Source: Guillardia theta CCMP2712
Lineage: Eukaryota; Protista; Cryptophyta
Assembly: GCF_000315625.1 (NCBI RefSeq)
Contig: NW_005434586.1
Location: forward strand, 168,759-232,758
Length of the DNA stretch: 64,000 nucleotides
Direction: 5' to 3'
A program made the position numbers and the translations under genes. Under the pieces are notes generated by a model. The model had not been told where the DNA came from. It worked only from the letters and a program-made list of their open reading frames with translations, and did not search any database. Shown in pieces: positions 24,101 to 36,022 of this stretch. Position 1 is the stretch's first letter. The number at the start of each line of letters is the position of its first letter.

Positions 24101-25684
24101 CGTCCTGCGAGAAGAACAGACGCTTTCAGAGCAGGAGGGGAATCAGCAAGCTCTCACATCCATGTTGAGGATAGAAGCGATCTCCGGGGTGAGGGGCGTG
24201 GCCTCCGTTGGCTGAGGAGGAGGGAGAGGGGATTTTCGCTTTGTCTCGACAGGACGGGGCGGCCTGAAACCTGGCTTCGCCTTTGATGGGATCAATGAAT
24301 CGCCTTGATCGAAGTCATCGTCGAAAAGAGCCTCGATCGCGTCCCCTTGTTCATCTTTCCATTCGTTCCAGCGCTCTCTCGCTCGCTCCTTCCAGACCGG
24401 ATTATCAACATCATGGTCTTCCTCCTCCTCCTCGTACTCTCGATTCACTTCGTCAAACTCGGACCAAATGTCATCTTCGTCCTCTTCGTCCTCATCGTCG
24501 CCATCCCATGCGTTGCCTCGTACGCCATAACGCTCCCGTGCACTTGGAGCTTCGTAACTACCTCGTCCCCGTCTGTTATCATAACGGTCAACCATATATT
24601 CTTCATCCTCTTCATCGTAGTCCTGCGCAAAAGATGATTTTTCTGTCTTCTTGATCTGTTGCATCCGATCATGCACGAGTTTAGCCATGTCTTCTGTCGA
24701 CAGATCTTGTTCTTCAGACTTCTTTCGTCTGTTATCAGAGACGCGAGAGGGATTCCTCTTCTTCTCCTCCTGTTTCATCACATCAAGCACAGCCTGGTTT
24801 CGTATCCTTCTCTCTTCTTCAAGAGCTTCATTCCATTCCTCCGACAACTCTGTCGGATCCATGCTTGCTTGCGTTGGCTTTCTCCTTCCAGTACTCTGAG
24901 GTACTCGCTTCACCTGCCCTGCAGGAGCCCTTGACACATACGGATTCTGATCAGCATACCATCCTTCAGCTCTCATCTCTTCCAAGATTTCCGCTCGTTT
25001 CCTCCGCTGCGTCTCGGGGGAGTTGTTGGCGATGCGCTGCTCTCTCATCCTCCGCGCGTGCTCCTCTTCAAGGGCCTTGGAGCTTTCCATCCGCTGCCTT
25101 TGGTTCTGAACCACCTGCATCCTTGCATCGTTCTGCTTCTGGATGAAATAGCTCCTTGCGTGTCGAACGCTAATCGCTTTCCCGTTGACCTTGACCCCAT
25201 TCAGCTTGTCGATCACAATGTCTGCAGCCTCTGGTGATTCGATTACGACATACCCCATGCCGGGCTTGATTAGCTTGACTTCCTTCACTCCACTGAAAGG
25301 CTTCACCAGCTCCTGCAGCTTCTCCTCCCTTGCTGCCTCTGGGAGGTTGCTGAAGAAGACGCGCAATCCCTCCTGATTGCCCATTCCATCTGCAGACATG
25401 CGCATTGAAGAACTTGGCCGCCAAGTGTTTTTTCTTGGAGATCTGTTCCATCCATTCTTCAGGCCGTACCCTTGATTGATGCAGATTTCCGCATAGTTAT
25501 GGAATCCTCTTGACGACTTAGGAGCATGAACCGCAACAATGGGCTCAGTTGACTGGAGTGTGACATAATTTACAGGTTGCCTCAGGCTAGCAACATTCTT
25601 TCTGTTCCCAAAACTTGGAAAGTTGTTCACGTATGACTCAGATGCAGAGGAGAAGATTAATACCAAGAGAAATTTCCAATACAT
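19807..25684 (-). CDS. Large putatively plastid-targeted RRM protein with acidic/coiled-coil middle and a C-terminal SAP/HeH-like motif
   Basis: Signal peptide MYWKFLLVLIFSSASES plus a Ser/Arg/Asn-rich transit-like region. RRM VFFSNLP...GMGYVVIE...LNGVKVNGKAISVRHAR. Exons splice down to TLAEIRAFLKEQNLQSQVKTSGAGRTK|EAILRDITAVWLK*. Spans a gap at 21514-21613, so could be split. Confidence 0.7.
21514..21613. other. Assembly gap (100 N)
   Basis: Run of n characters. Confidence 1.
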
Positions 25685-25785
25685 TCACCTACCAAAGGGT
25701 ATGGTTAGAACTCTCGTTCGAAGTTTGAAAATTCTAGGACTTGAATTCAGATTGTTCTTGAACAAGTGCTTCAATGATCCCGATG

Positions 25786-25850
25786 GTGATGTGATGTGAT
25801 GTGATGTGATGTGATGTGATGTGATGTGATGTGATGTGATGTGATGTGAT
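25786..25850 (+). repeat. (GATGT)n pentanucleotide microsatellite
   Basis: About 13 perfect copies. Confidence 0.95.
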
Positions 25851-26349
25851 GGTTGGATCAACAGATAGGAGAAAGAGCCATAGCAAGAAAGGGAGACTCG
25901 TTGAAGCAAAAGCAATAAGGGTTCAACGAATGCTGTGGAATCTGGGCGAAACCCATTCCGTGGCAGCGCGTGCAAACAGAGGGAAAGGAGTTGGGGCTGA
26001 AGGGGAGCCGGGAGAGGAAGTAGAGAAATACGGCACAGCAAAAAAATGGAAGGAGAAGAATGTCGAAGTGCGGAGATGGTGAGCGAGGAAATGCTGAGAA
26101 AATTATGACTGAGGTCGAGGGAAGCTGGAGAATTCTTGGGGGAGGGGAGGGAGGGGAGGGAGGGGAGGGGAGTGAAGGGGTAGGCAGGAGGAGGGAGGAG
26201 GGAGAAAGAGGTTGATGTGTCACAGGAGCAGCTCAAGCTTGTTCCCAGCGCATGGCCTACGATCGGGCGGGGGGCGTCAACTCAATGCGTCCTTGTCCTG
26301 CATGGACGGAAAGGGTCGTTTCAGGCCGTTACGGTAGTTACTCTCCACT

Positions 26350-26740
26350 CGCCGGGCGGCCGGCCACCGGGGCCCGGGGGTGACCGTCCGGCTCAGCTTG
26401 CCGGGGCCGGCCCGCCGGGGCCGGCAGCTCGGCCGGAGTCCACCTCCCCCGAGCCGCGGGCCAGGCCCCGGGCCCCGCCGCCCCACTGTCAGCGGGGGGG
26501 CGACTTTCGGACGCCGCGGGCTGACCAGGCGAGTCCGGCGGTTCGGCACACCGGCACAGTGCCACTGAGACTCAGAGCGCCGGCCGCACGGCCCGTGCCA
26601 GTGCCATGAGAGGTCCGAGCCTCGGCTGAGGCTGCGGCCGCCTGACTGGCGGCCTGCAGCCGGGCGGTCTGAATACCCGGCCGCACTCAGTGCCGGGCTG
26701 TGCCAGTGTGACTACTCAGTGCCGCACCGGACTCAGTGCA
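26350..26740. promoter_or_regulatory. GC/CCGG-rich intergenic island between divergent genes
   Basis: Very GC-rich, dense in CCGG/GGCC and GACTC/ACTCAGTG words. Lies just upstream of the USP start. Confidence 0.45.
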
Positions 26741-26807
26741 GCAGCAGTGCAGCAGGCAGTGCAGTGTGAAGTTGGGTATGTGAGGGGATGAGGCGTGGGC
26801 ACGTGCC

Positions 26808-29800
26808 ATGGCGAATTCGATGGGTAGGAATGCGTGAGGGAGGGGAGAGGAAGGAGGAGGAAGGGAACAAGAAAGGAGGAGGAACGGAAGGAGATAGGAG
26901 ACATGTTCCTGGCGACCAGGATGACGATGAAGGGGATGGATTGAGGCAGGGAGGAGCAAGAAAAGTGGCCAGAAGGCTGGAACGAAAGGGAGGGAGGGGG
27001 ACGGCAAAGGTGCAAGTGGAGGAAGAGGAGGGCGAGATCGACAACGGGATGGAAAGTCTGTCTCGAAGGGCAAAGGGGAGGAGAAGAGAGGCCAAGGAAG
27101 ATCGGGAAGACAGGGGAATCAGGGACCGTCGCGCAAAGCACTTGGAGGAGGCGGTCACGACAGCAAACAGGACGGCAACAGTAAGATTCCATCAGGCGCT
27201 CAAACTGCATCGGCAGCTTACCGTGTGAAGCCTGCTGCCCCTGCTGCCCCTGCTGCCCCTGCTGCCCCTGCTGCCCCTGCTGCCCCTGCTGCCCCTGCTG
27301 CCCCTGCTGCCCCTGCTGCCCCTGCTGCCCCTGCTGCTCCTGGCCCAGCATCTTCACTGCCGCCTCCGAAGTCTTGGGCTGACCTCGCCAAGAGGAGCGT
27401 CCCGGTAGCTAGCAATGGAGAGGCCGAGGGGCATGTTGAAGCGTCAGCGAGGAGTGAAACCAGTGCTGAGCCTCAGGACAAGGACAAGGAGGGAAAGGAA
27501 GAAGTTGGGGGGGAAGGGGAGCAAGAGAATCAGGATGCAGGAGGCGTCGAAACTGCTGAGGTTAAAGCGCACAAGCCTCCAGCATGGGGAAACGGAAGTA
27601 CGACAGACAAGGACGTGCTGTTGAAGATTGAATCTCTCTTGGACCCTTCGCTACATCTCGAACTGCCTTCTCGACAACCGAGGGGGATGGTGAACATGGG
27701 GAACCTCTGCTTCATGAACGCTGTCTTGCAGAGCTTGATCGGGTGCCGGGCGTTCTTTCAGCTTCTCCATGGCCTGCTGAACTCTCACATTCCTCGCGAG
27801 CTGAAGACGCTCTCCAGCTTCGTCAGCTTGGCTTCAGAGTTTGTTGAGCTCGAGACTGCTCCCCCTCCGTCACAAGATGTCAAGGACGCCAACAAAGAAG
27901 CAAAGGAGACATCGTCTACAGATGCTGCTGCTGCAGCCGTTCTAGTGAGGAGTCTCAAGAGCTCAACGCCCTTGAATCCGGGTTATTTTTTCGATCTTGT
28001 CAGCACCTTTGCTCCTACAGATCCTGTCAGGCCAGGACGAGGAAAGGCGAGGCAAGAAGACGCGCAGGTGCACACTTGGAAGTCTGCTGCTCCTTAGGAC
28101 TTCTGACGTTGTCGTGGTAGGAGTTCCTTTCCTTCCTCTTAAATTGCCTGCATGATGAGTTCGTATCGTTCGAGAATCGAGTGTTGAGCGCCGACGGCAA
28201 CGGTCCGAACGGGGGTTCGGGGGAAGATGGCGGGTCCTCTACGACGGGAGCAGATGCAAGTCCCGACGACGACGACTGGCAGGAAGTTGGTGGACACGCC
28301 AAAGTTACCTTTGTCCGAAAGGTTTACCTCTGCTCTGCTCTGCTCTGCTCTGCTCTGCTCCCCCCCTCCCTACCCTCCTTTCCTCACGCCCCCCCTTTCC
28401 CTTCCTCTTCTGCATTCCCATTCCCTTTGCATGTCCTTATTGAAGATACTTTCCTAGTTGAATATGGAGACTTCTCCCGTCTCCAAAATATTCGGAGGAC
28501 AGTTCAGGACAACAATCCGCTACAGGTGGGACTTTCTCTGAACTCTCCTTCCTCCGTAGCCTCATACGCTGCAGCTCTACGAAGGCCTCTGCCTCGTTAG
28601 AACCTTTCCTGTGTATCAACCTCGACATCGCTATGGAATCGAGCCACAAGGACGTCAAGTCCGTAACCCTGCATGAAATCATCAGCTCCTACTTTAAGCC
28701 GGAGAAGGTTAGAACCTCCTCCTCAACCACCACCACCATCACCAACACCAACACCTCCTCCTCCTCCTCCTCCTCCTCTTCCTGCTCGTCCTCACCCCCT
28801 TCCCCTATTGATCCTCCTGGACCCTCTCGTTCCCTCCTTTTTTCCTTCTTCCCCCCCCCCCCCCCCCCCTCCCCCCCACCCCCTATCTTCCTCTTCCTCC
28901 CCTTCCTTGCAGTTTTGCGACCTTCCTCCATGACCACGTGCAGTTGGACGGCGTCGTCAACGGATGCCAGGAGGGGAAGGCGCAACGGCATGCTCAGGTA
29001 TGTGCCTAGACTGAAGACGATGCTGCTGCTGCTGACGGGAGATGAAAGATCGAGAAGGGACCAGACGTTCTTGTCCTCCATCTCAAACGATTTCGCTTCG
29101 ACGGCGCGTCAGCCCACAAGATCTTAACGCGAGTCTCTTACCCGGATACGCTCTCACTCGAGGTTGACCTCTTGTCGCTCCCTCAAAGTCCGGGAGGTCT
29201 AACGGATCATCTCAGGAATACTGCGTCAAGGGAGTTGGCCAAGACTTCCAGCATTACAGGCTGGTGGCTGGTGAAACCCCTCTCTCCCTCCCTTCTCCCT
29301 CCCTTCTCCCTCCCTTGTCCCTCCCTTGTCCCTCCCTTGTCCCTCCCTTCTCCTTCCCTTCTCCCTCCCTTCTCCCTCCCTTCTCCCTCCCTTCTCCCTC
29401 CCTCCAACACTCAACCTTGCTCCTTGTCTGTCTGCCCCTCTGCCCCAACCCTCCCCCGCAACCCCCCTCCCTCCATGGCTGTGCTCGTCCCCCTGTGCTG
29501 CTGGTTCCCCTCCCTCGCCTCCTCCCTCGTCCTCCCCTGCATACGCTGACGGCACGGCAGTCGTCTCCCATCACGGCAGCAAGATGCATCATGGGCACTA
29601 CACTTCAATGGTGAGGCAGCCCACCGGCCAGTGGATCCGCCTCGACGATCACAACCTGGAGATTGTGCTCGAGCAAGAGGTGCTGCTGCTGCCCTGCTTA
29701 CTTTCCATTCTCCTCACCTCACCTCTCCTCACCTCTCCTCCCGCTTTCATCTTAGTCTTGCTCCTTCCTTGTCAGTCCTCCTCTGCCTGCTTCCATCCAC

Positions 29801-29928
29801 TCAGTCTTCTCCCATCTCCCCCTTGCCCCCCTCTCAAGTGGCTCACTAACACTGCCCCTCAGGTGCTGGACGAGCAACAACACGCTTACCTGCTCATGTA
29901 CGAGAGATGTGTAGGTTCTAAAGAATGA
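26808..29928 (+). CDS. Ubiquitin-specific protease, USP10/UBP3/UBP24-like
   Basis: KSWADL motif, Cys box PRGMVNMGNLCFMNAVLQSL, QEDAQ|EFL, DDWQEVG, LVLHLKRF, His box HHGSKMHHGHYT...W...DD, AYLLMYER. Confidence 0.92.
27231..27338 (+). repeat. Coding 9-bp tandem repeat (CCTGCTGCC)12 encoding (PAA)12
   Basis: Direct inspection; in frame with the USP exon. Confidence 0.9.
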
Positions 29929-30383
29929 AAGCATACGAGTCCGACCCCCCACCATCTTGTTTCCTTCACTCTCATGCCAGCCTGAGGCTGGCCGCCGTGA
30001 AGTGTAGCCCAATGCTGACACGGCACCTCCGAGTCGGAGCACCCGGCATTGCCGGGCCGGGGCCGGCCCGGGCGGCGGCCGGGGGAGTCCGATGAAGTCT
30101 GCGATGACTGATCGGAGGCAACGCACAACTGAGAGATTTTCAACTTTACTCAAATTTTAAAACTGGGGGGGATGGCGGGAGGAAATGAATGAGGAGGGAG
30201 AGTGAAAGCGAGAGAATGAACTGTGAGAGGGAGAGAGATTGAACTGTGAGAGTGAGACGTTTCTACCTCCTCCTCCTCTTGTTCTTCACGCGTGAAGTTC
30301 CGACAAAGAAAGGATGCAACTGTGACTGGAATCAAGAGCCTTCGATTCTTAGCTTGCAAGGTCTGTCCATGATTTCATCCAAA

Positions 30384-30980
30384 ATGCCGCCAAAAAGAAA
30401 TCAGAGCATGCCTGAAAAAACATGGCCGACACCTCATCAACCATCTCTCAAGTTCATGGCCAAGAGTCGTGTCCTCGAGAAGGTATGAACGAAATTTCCT
30501 TCCTTTCAAACGACGAGACTGACCGCCATCTTGAAGCCGCCGCTTCCAAGCAAGCAAGCAAGCATGCCCAAGGAGGTGGGCATGAATTTTCACAAAGGGC
30601 AGGCACCGTTACCTATGGTGAAGTCACAGTATACCTCTGTAACGCCTCATGCGGCGGTCGGGGCGCATAGGAGGGGGACCAAACGCTATCCGAAGGGGAA
30701 CGGGAAGGTAGAAAGCAGGTTTCAGCACGAATCAGACATGCTGGTTTGTTTCATGAAGAAAGAGAGGGAGCTCTTTCAAGCGAAGAACGTGTCTTGCCGC
30801 AGATACCCGTGGGGTGGCTTCGTATCGCAGGAGAAGGACCCCGATGGGAGTGGGAGGAGTTCCAACCGATCCGACGACGTTCCGGTAGTTCGTCCAATGT
30901 GCGACTTTGCAGAATGGGAGAATGCTCAGAAAGAGAAGATGAAAACGTTTACCTCGAGCCAGAGATCCAGAGACAAGTGA
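30384..30980 (+). CDS. Small basic hypothetical protein, 2 exons
   Basis: MPPKRNQ...VLEK|PPLPSKQ...RDK* joined by a GTATGA...GAAG intron. Confidence 0.55.
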
Positions 30981-31167
30981 AGAGCTCGTGCGATCAAACT
31001 ACTGTGAGGTTGCACTGCTTGGACTGAAACGGCAACGATTCTCCCAAGTATTTGTTGGGCAAGAGTTTTGTTGGATTAAACAGGAGTTTTCACTGGCTTT
31101 ATCTCTATGAAATGGCTCACCAATGATCATTTGCAAGAATACATGTGAAAGAAACATACAGCATATC

Positions 31168-33040
31168 TTAATCACTGCTAGCGACAATTTCTGGTTGAAC
31201 ATTCATACTTGAATCTTGGTCAGGTGCAAGCTTGAGGAAGATGATATCGTCCAGTGGAGTTTCCTGTAAACTTGCAAGTGAGTGACAAATCCAATGGCGC
31301 ATTGAAAGAAAATTTTAAAATTTTCAAACATCCATCCCTCATGTTACAAAGGCACTTCAATATCTCCGTGGCACGAACCTGCGTTGACTCGCCTTCTGAA
31401 CACGGATCTGGTACGGGCGCTCCAAATCCTCCGAAGACGACAATATTCCCATCAATATACCTGCCAGGTGAAGTGAGGATCCTCAATGCCTCATGCTCAT
31501 AATCACCCATAGCCATGAGCTCCACGAGGTGAAGGAGCATGATTTGATGATACGTCAGCCTGGCGAAGGTAAATGAGAGTCTGATTCCAATCCTGGCAAT
31601 CAGAAGGAAACAGAATCAGTTCGTACCTGACTCCATCTCATTGGCTGCGCTCGAGTATCCAGAATGTATACACCTGGCGCATCTGTCACTTGAGCCTCAT
31701 CCAGCTTTTTTTCACAAACCATCGTAAAGACAGACGTCTCTCGCAGCTCTGCCACAAAAGGCTATGATCTAACCCAAATATCAATCAAGGTTGCTGTCTC
31801 CATAGATGTGTACCTTGCGACCGATCGCAAGCAGTGTACAACCTCCCCTCGGCGAGGGTATTGTTCCAACAACATCGTCATGCTTTGTCCTGTACAACAA
31901 AACGTCAAAGCCACTTAAAAACATACGAACGAACAAGATGTTCGAAAAAATTCTGCATACCATGTCATGTTGCTTGTATCAAAGCTATGGAGATCATTGA
32001 ACTTTTGCGGTCTAACACATGCCAGTCAATCAACTTTGTCACTCCTTCTGAGAGGAGAGAAGTACGTTAAAGTTCTTCCACCGAAAAGAAAGATTTTGTT
32101 ATCAATAGTCACGACACGATGGACAAATCTCGCACTTGGTATTGTGCCTTTCACCTCTAATCGACTCCATTTCCTGACAACACAAAGGTGAGTTGTCGTG
32201 GCGTGACATCTTGGTCGGCTCGAAACCATACCAAGGAGTCTGAGAAAAGTCCAACTTCCAAAAGTCTGCTGGAAGAGTCGTAGGAAATCTGAATGGACCA
32301 TCTCCGCCTCCCACACCACCAAAAACATACGCGCAATCGCCGATTATACTCATGCTGTGACTTGATCTCGATGAGGGGCCCTCCCCTTCAGTTTCAGGCT
32401 TCCAAAAGCTCCACGTCTTGACATCTAAGCAATGTAGATCGTCGTAATATTGCTGTCCATTGGACCCCCCAAATATGATGGCATGTCGGTCTTGGTAGAC
32501 CACGCACGAATGTCCAAACCTCTGAATACCACGTATCAGTTGTCAAATGCATTTGACACTTGCACTCACCTTCTCAGGATAAACTCCTTGACAAGATATT
32601 TCTTGCCATGTCATCTTGGAGCAATCAAATTGAAATACATCATTCAAAGCGCCATTCCCTTCCCCTCCGAATACAAGGAAAGAGTTTGTATTCAGAACAA
32701 CGACGGAATGTCCCCAGCGAGCAATGGGCCATTTTTGATCTTGTTCGCGATTGATGGCCCTCCATTCCATTGATTTTAGGCAGAACAATTCTTTGTAAAG
32801 TTTCCGCCAGCTTGTTGTTTGTGTCAGGAACAACAGCTTTGATCCCAGGTCTCTCGCCGCAAGGCGATACCACAGTCGCTCGTCAGTGACAATAGTCGCA
32901 ATTCTTCGGCAGCATGATGCGCAAAGGCCAATGTAGTCACATGGGAGTCGCGCCATCACCAAGTCTATCAGCATATCTTCGGGTATTTCAAACAGAATCG
33001 AATGACTGTCCACAGCCATCGGCTCGCTGGGTTCAGTCAT
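31168..33040 (-). CDS. F-box/kelch-repeat protein
   Basis: F-box IPEDMLIDLVMARL...CRR...LW. Kelch repeats ARWGHSVV...VFGG, RFGHSC...IFGG, SRSSHSM...VFGG, ARFVH...LFGG, VFGG. Confidence 0.9.
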
Positions 33041-33499
33041 CAAACAGAATCCTGCCAAGCTTTGTGCATATCCCCTGGGTAACCATGTCAAAAGATCAAT
33101 GTTATCATGCTAGCACCTTGCATTTCATGTGAATCTAATCTATCATATCCGACTGCATAGCTTTTGTGGGATCTTGCCACGAGTGTGACTAGGTGCTCTC
33201 AACCAACTCATTCAGGGCATTTTCTGTCGGATTCAGTCTCAATTCTAACCTTCCTGGCTCTCAGTGCTGTGTGTACCAGCTATCTCAAGTCATTCGGTTC
33301 CCTCCTGTTTCCTCTCCTTTCGTGATCGGGGTTCCCTGCATTTGGAAGCCATTCCACATATCTGTCGAACGCGATGGGATGGATCAATCCCGTACGGTTC
33401 CTTCGCTCACCCTCTCTTCTCCCTTCATCGCCTCTCTCTCTCCTCCTCCTCTTGTCGGCGGTTATCGCGTTGCTTCTACCATGTTCCCTCCCTCCCTTG

Positions 33500-34400
33500 A
33501 TTGCTCCCTGCATCCACCTCCTCATCTATCCACCACCCCTACCCGGCACTTTCGATCTTGGCGATGCACCACCCACCCCTATAGTTGTATCCCTACCCTC
33601 AATGTAGGCCCGTTCCCTACAGCATTGATGTACCTCACTTGGTCCAAACAATTTCCTATTTCATCATATATAAAATATCCCTATTGGACCTGGATTCCTT
33701 CAGTGCCGAAGTCCTCCTACCCCCTACTCCTTCATCAGATCACCCCACCATTTTCATGACCCCACCCCCTGAGCATGAGCAGGGTTCCCACCTTCAAAGA
33801 ACCGGTACCCTTTTTCGGACAGGCCTTATCTTCCCTGTACCCACCCATCATATGTGACACCCCTACTTTTCTATATGCAGTACCCCAGCATTTGAGAGAA
33901 TGGCTCTCGTCCTGTCTCCATCCACCCTACCATATGGGACAATACTCAGGCCATTTGGGGTTCTGTCGAAAATGTGGAGGGTTCCTGTTTCGAAGGGTAG
34001 GGTGATACAAGTACGGGTCATTTTGTGATAATCTGAGAGAATTAAGGTATGGTAGTCATTAAACCCTACCCCCAAATGAATTCAACAAGGACCAGGCTGT
34101 GAACTGTGTGGGGTGGGTGGGGATAGACCCGTGCTTTGGTCGTCGAAGGGGGCGGAGAGGTATTCATGGTGGGTAAGGGTCTATGAAGTGGGGGTTAATC
34201 ATAGATGAGTTTTGAACGGACAATATATTGGGGTAGGGGTCACTACATGTGTCGGGCGTCAAAGGTCATTTAGTTGGAAGATGCATGGTGAGGGTATTGT
34301 TCAGTACGGGTACTTTTACGGATGGATGGTTCAAGGGGGTGTAGCTTTCAAATGTAGGGTAGAGGTGAAGCGTTTAAGGGTAGGGGTAGTAATGGGGATT
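33500..34400. repeat. CCCCTAC/GTAGGGG-rich intergenic element between divergent genes
   Basis: Many ACCCCTAC-type words; C-rich in the left half, G-rich in the right half. No credible ORF. Confidence 0.4.
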
Positions 34401-34648
34401 TCTACAAGCTCAGGTTTGCTTTTGAAACTGATTTGAAGTAGGACATGGCGGGGCTATGATGAAGAGGGCGATGGAAAATTGGTGACGAGGAGACAGCGCA
34501 ACAAACATGCTCCGACAAGGCGCAAAACATTCATAACGATGCGAAGTAGCTGATACCATGTGGATGTTGAACGCGTTGGAGGCAAGTGTCATGACATCTG
34601 TTCCATCAAAGAACCATGGGTTTATGCGATGAAGGGACGCATAGGAAG

Positions 34649-36006
34649 ATGAGACACCTTCGAGTGATCCCTCTTATCTTCCTGCTTCTATTGCATGTGG
34701 TGGTTGTCGAGGCATTTTCCCTTAGTCTTGGGAAACAATCCAACTCGACCAGGATCTTTGATCCCTTCAAATGGTTCAGATCTTTGAAAGGGAGCCGATC
34801 GGGGGGTTTAGAGTTAAATCGCGCGAACCGTTTGGCAGAAGGATTGAAGCATTCCGTTCGCTTCCTAGAGTCAATTGCTATGAAGATTACAAGGATATAT
34901 GAATATCGAGTAACGATGCCATTATCGAAAGAAGATTTCGATCGGGGTAAGATGTACGCTGTTGTGAAAATGTCCGAACGTGAAGACGACGGCAACGGAG
35001 GACGGGTAGTGAACATCCTCAGCTTCGGAAAACAGGTGCACAAGCTCTATGGTGTCGGAATCCACTGCCGGAAGCAATACAATATTGCTCGTAGATTGCC
35101 GAAATGGGTTCAGATGACCATTAGTGTGAGTACATGCCTTTGCTTTGTCGTGTTGGAACAAAATGTGATACATGCTCTCAGAGCTCCATTATACTCGAAG
35201 AAGAGTCTTGGCACTTTGATCACCATAACTTGACCATTGTTGATCTGCGCATCCCGAAGCTGCCGGGGTTCATTCTTCATATCACTTCTGTTCAAAAAGA
35301 GGGGCATGGCGCAAGCAATGCTCACAATCTGACGGAAACCTTACTGGCAAAGCGAGAGGTAATTCTATCCTGGTATTTGATCGGAATCTAATTTTGATGT
35401 TGCAGATTGTAAATATTGATATGACCGACATTGAGCAGTCTTGTTTGAGAAATACTCAATGCAAAAACAATTCGAACACGAATTTCGCTAAGATTGCAGA
35501 CTCAAATTACAGTGGCCCCCTATCTACTTCTTACAAGGTGCCCAAGAGACTTCGTCTTCGGTTTTTTACATTGCTCAAACGCTTCTTACTTGCTTCTCTG
35601 TAGGTGGTTGCTGTGCACTTTCCGTACTTTGGACTTCAAGACACAGCTGAGTCCCTTATCAAGGAACATCAGACCTCCTTGTGCGTCTTTCCCTTGTTCA
35701 ATCACTTTTCCGCAACACTGAACACATTCATGGAGCAGATTCCTGAAGACCCACAAGCTCATAATGGTGAGCGATCGTTATTCTGCGCTTGTTATTTTGA
35801 CTGAACTTCTTTCGGAAAATAGAACTCCTGGGTCGAATGGAATGTGCTTCCGTTTAGTGAGGTATGCATGATATTTCTTGTTGACAAGTCTGAGAGAATT
35901 ACGAAAGATCGAAGAGATGTTCATCACGCAGGCTCAGCAACAAGTCACCACTACAAAACATTCTCCGGCCGATACTCTCCGAAACACGTCTCAACGTGAA
36001 ATTTAG
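34649..36006 (+). CDS. Phosphatidylinositol transfer protein (IP_trans/PITP family) with a bipartite plastid-type presequence
   Basis: YEYRVTMPLSKEDFDRGKMYAV, KQYNIARRLPKWV, LEEESW, SYK|VVAVHFPYFGLQ...E, FLKTHK...W. N-terminus MRHLRVIPLIFLLLLHVVVVEA-FSLS. Confidence 0.88.
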
Positions 36007-36022
36007 CTTGGTATTGTCGCCG

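Noticed and set aside
33193-33759. 188-aa ORF as transposase/retroelement protein
   Set aside because: No catalytic motifs; low-complexity P/S-rich translation of an intergenic tract.
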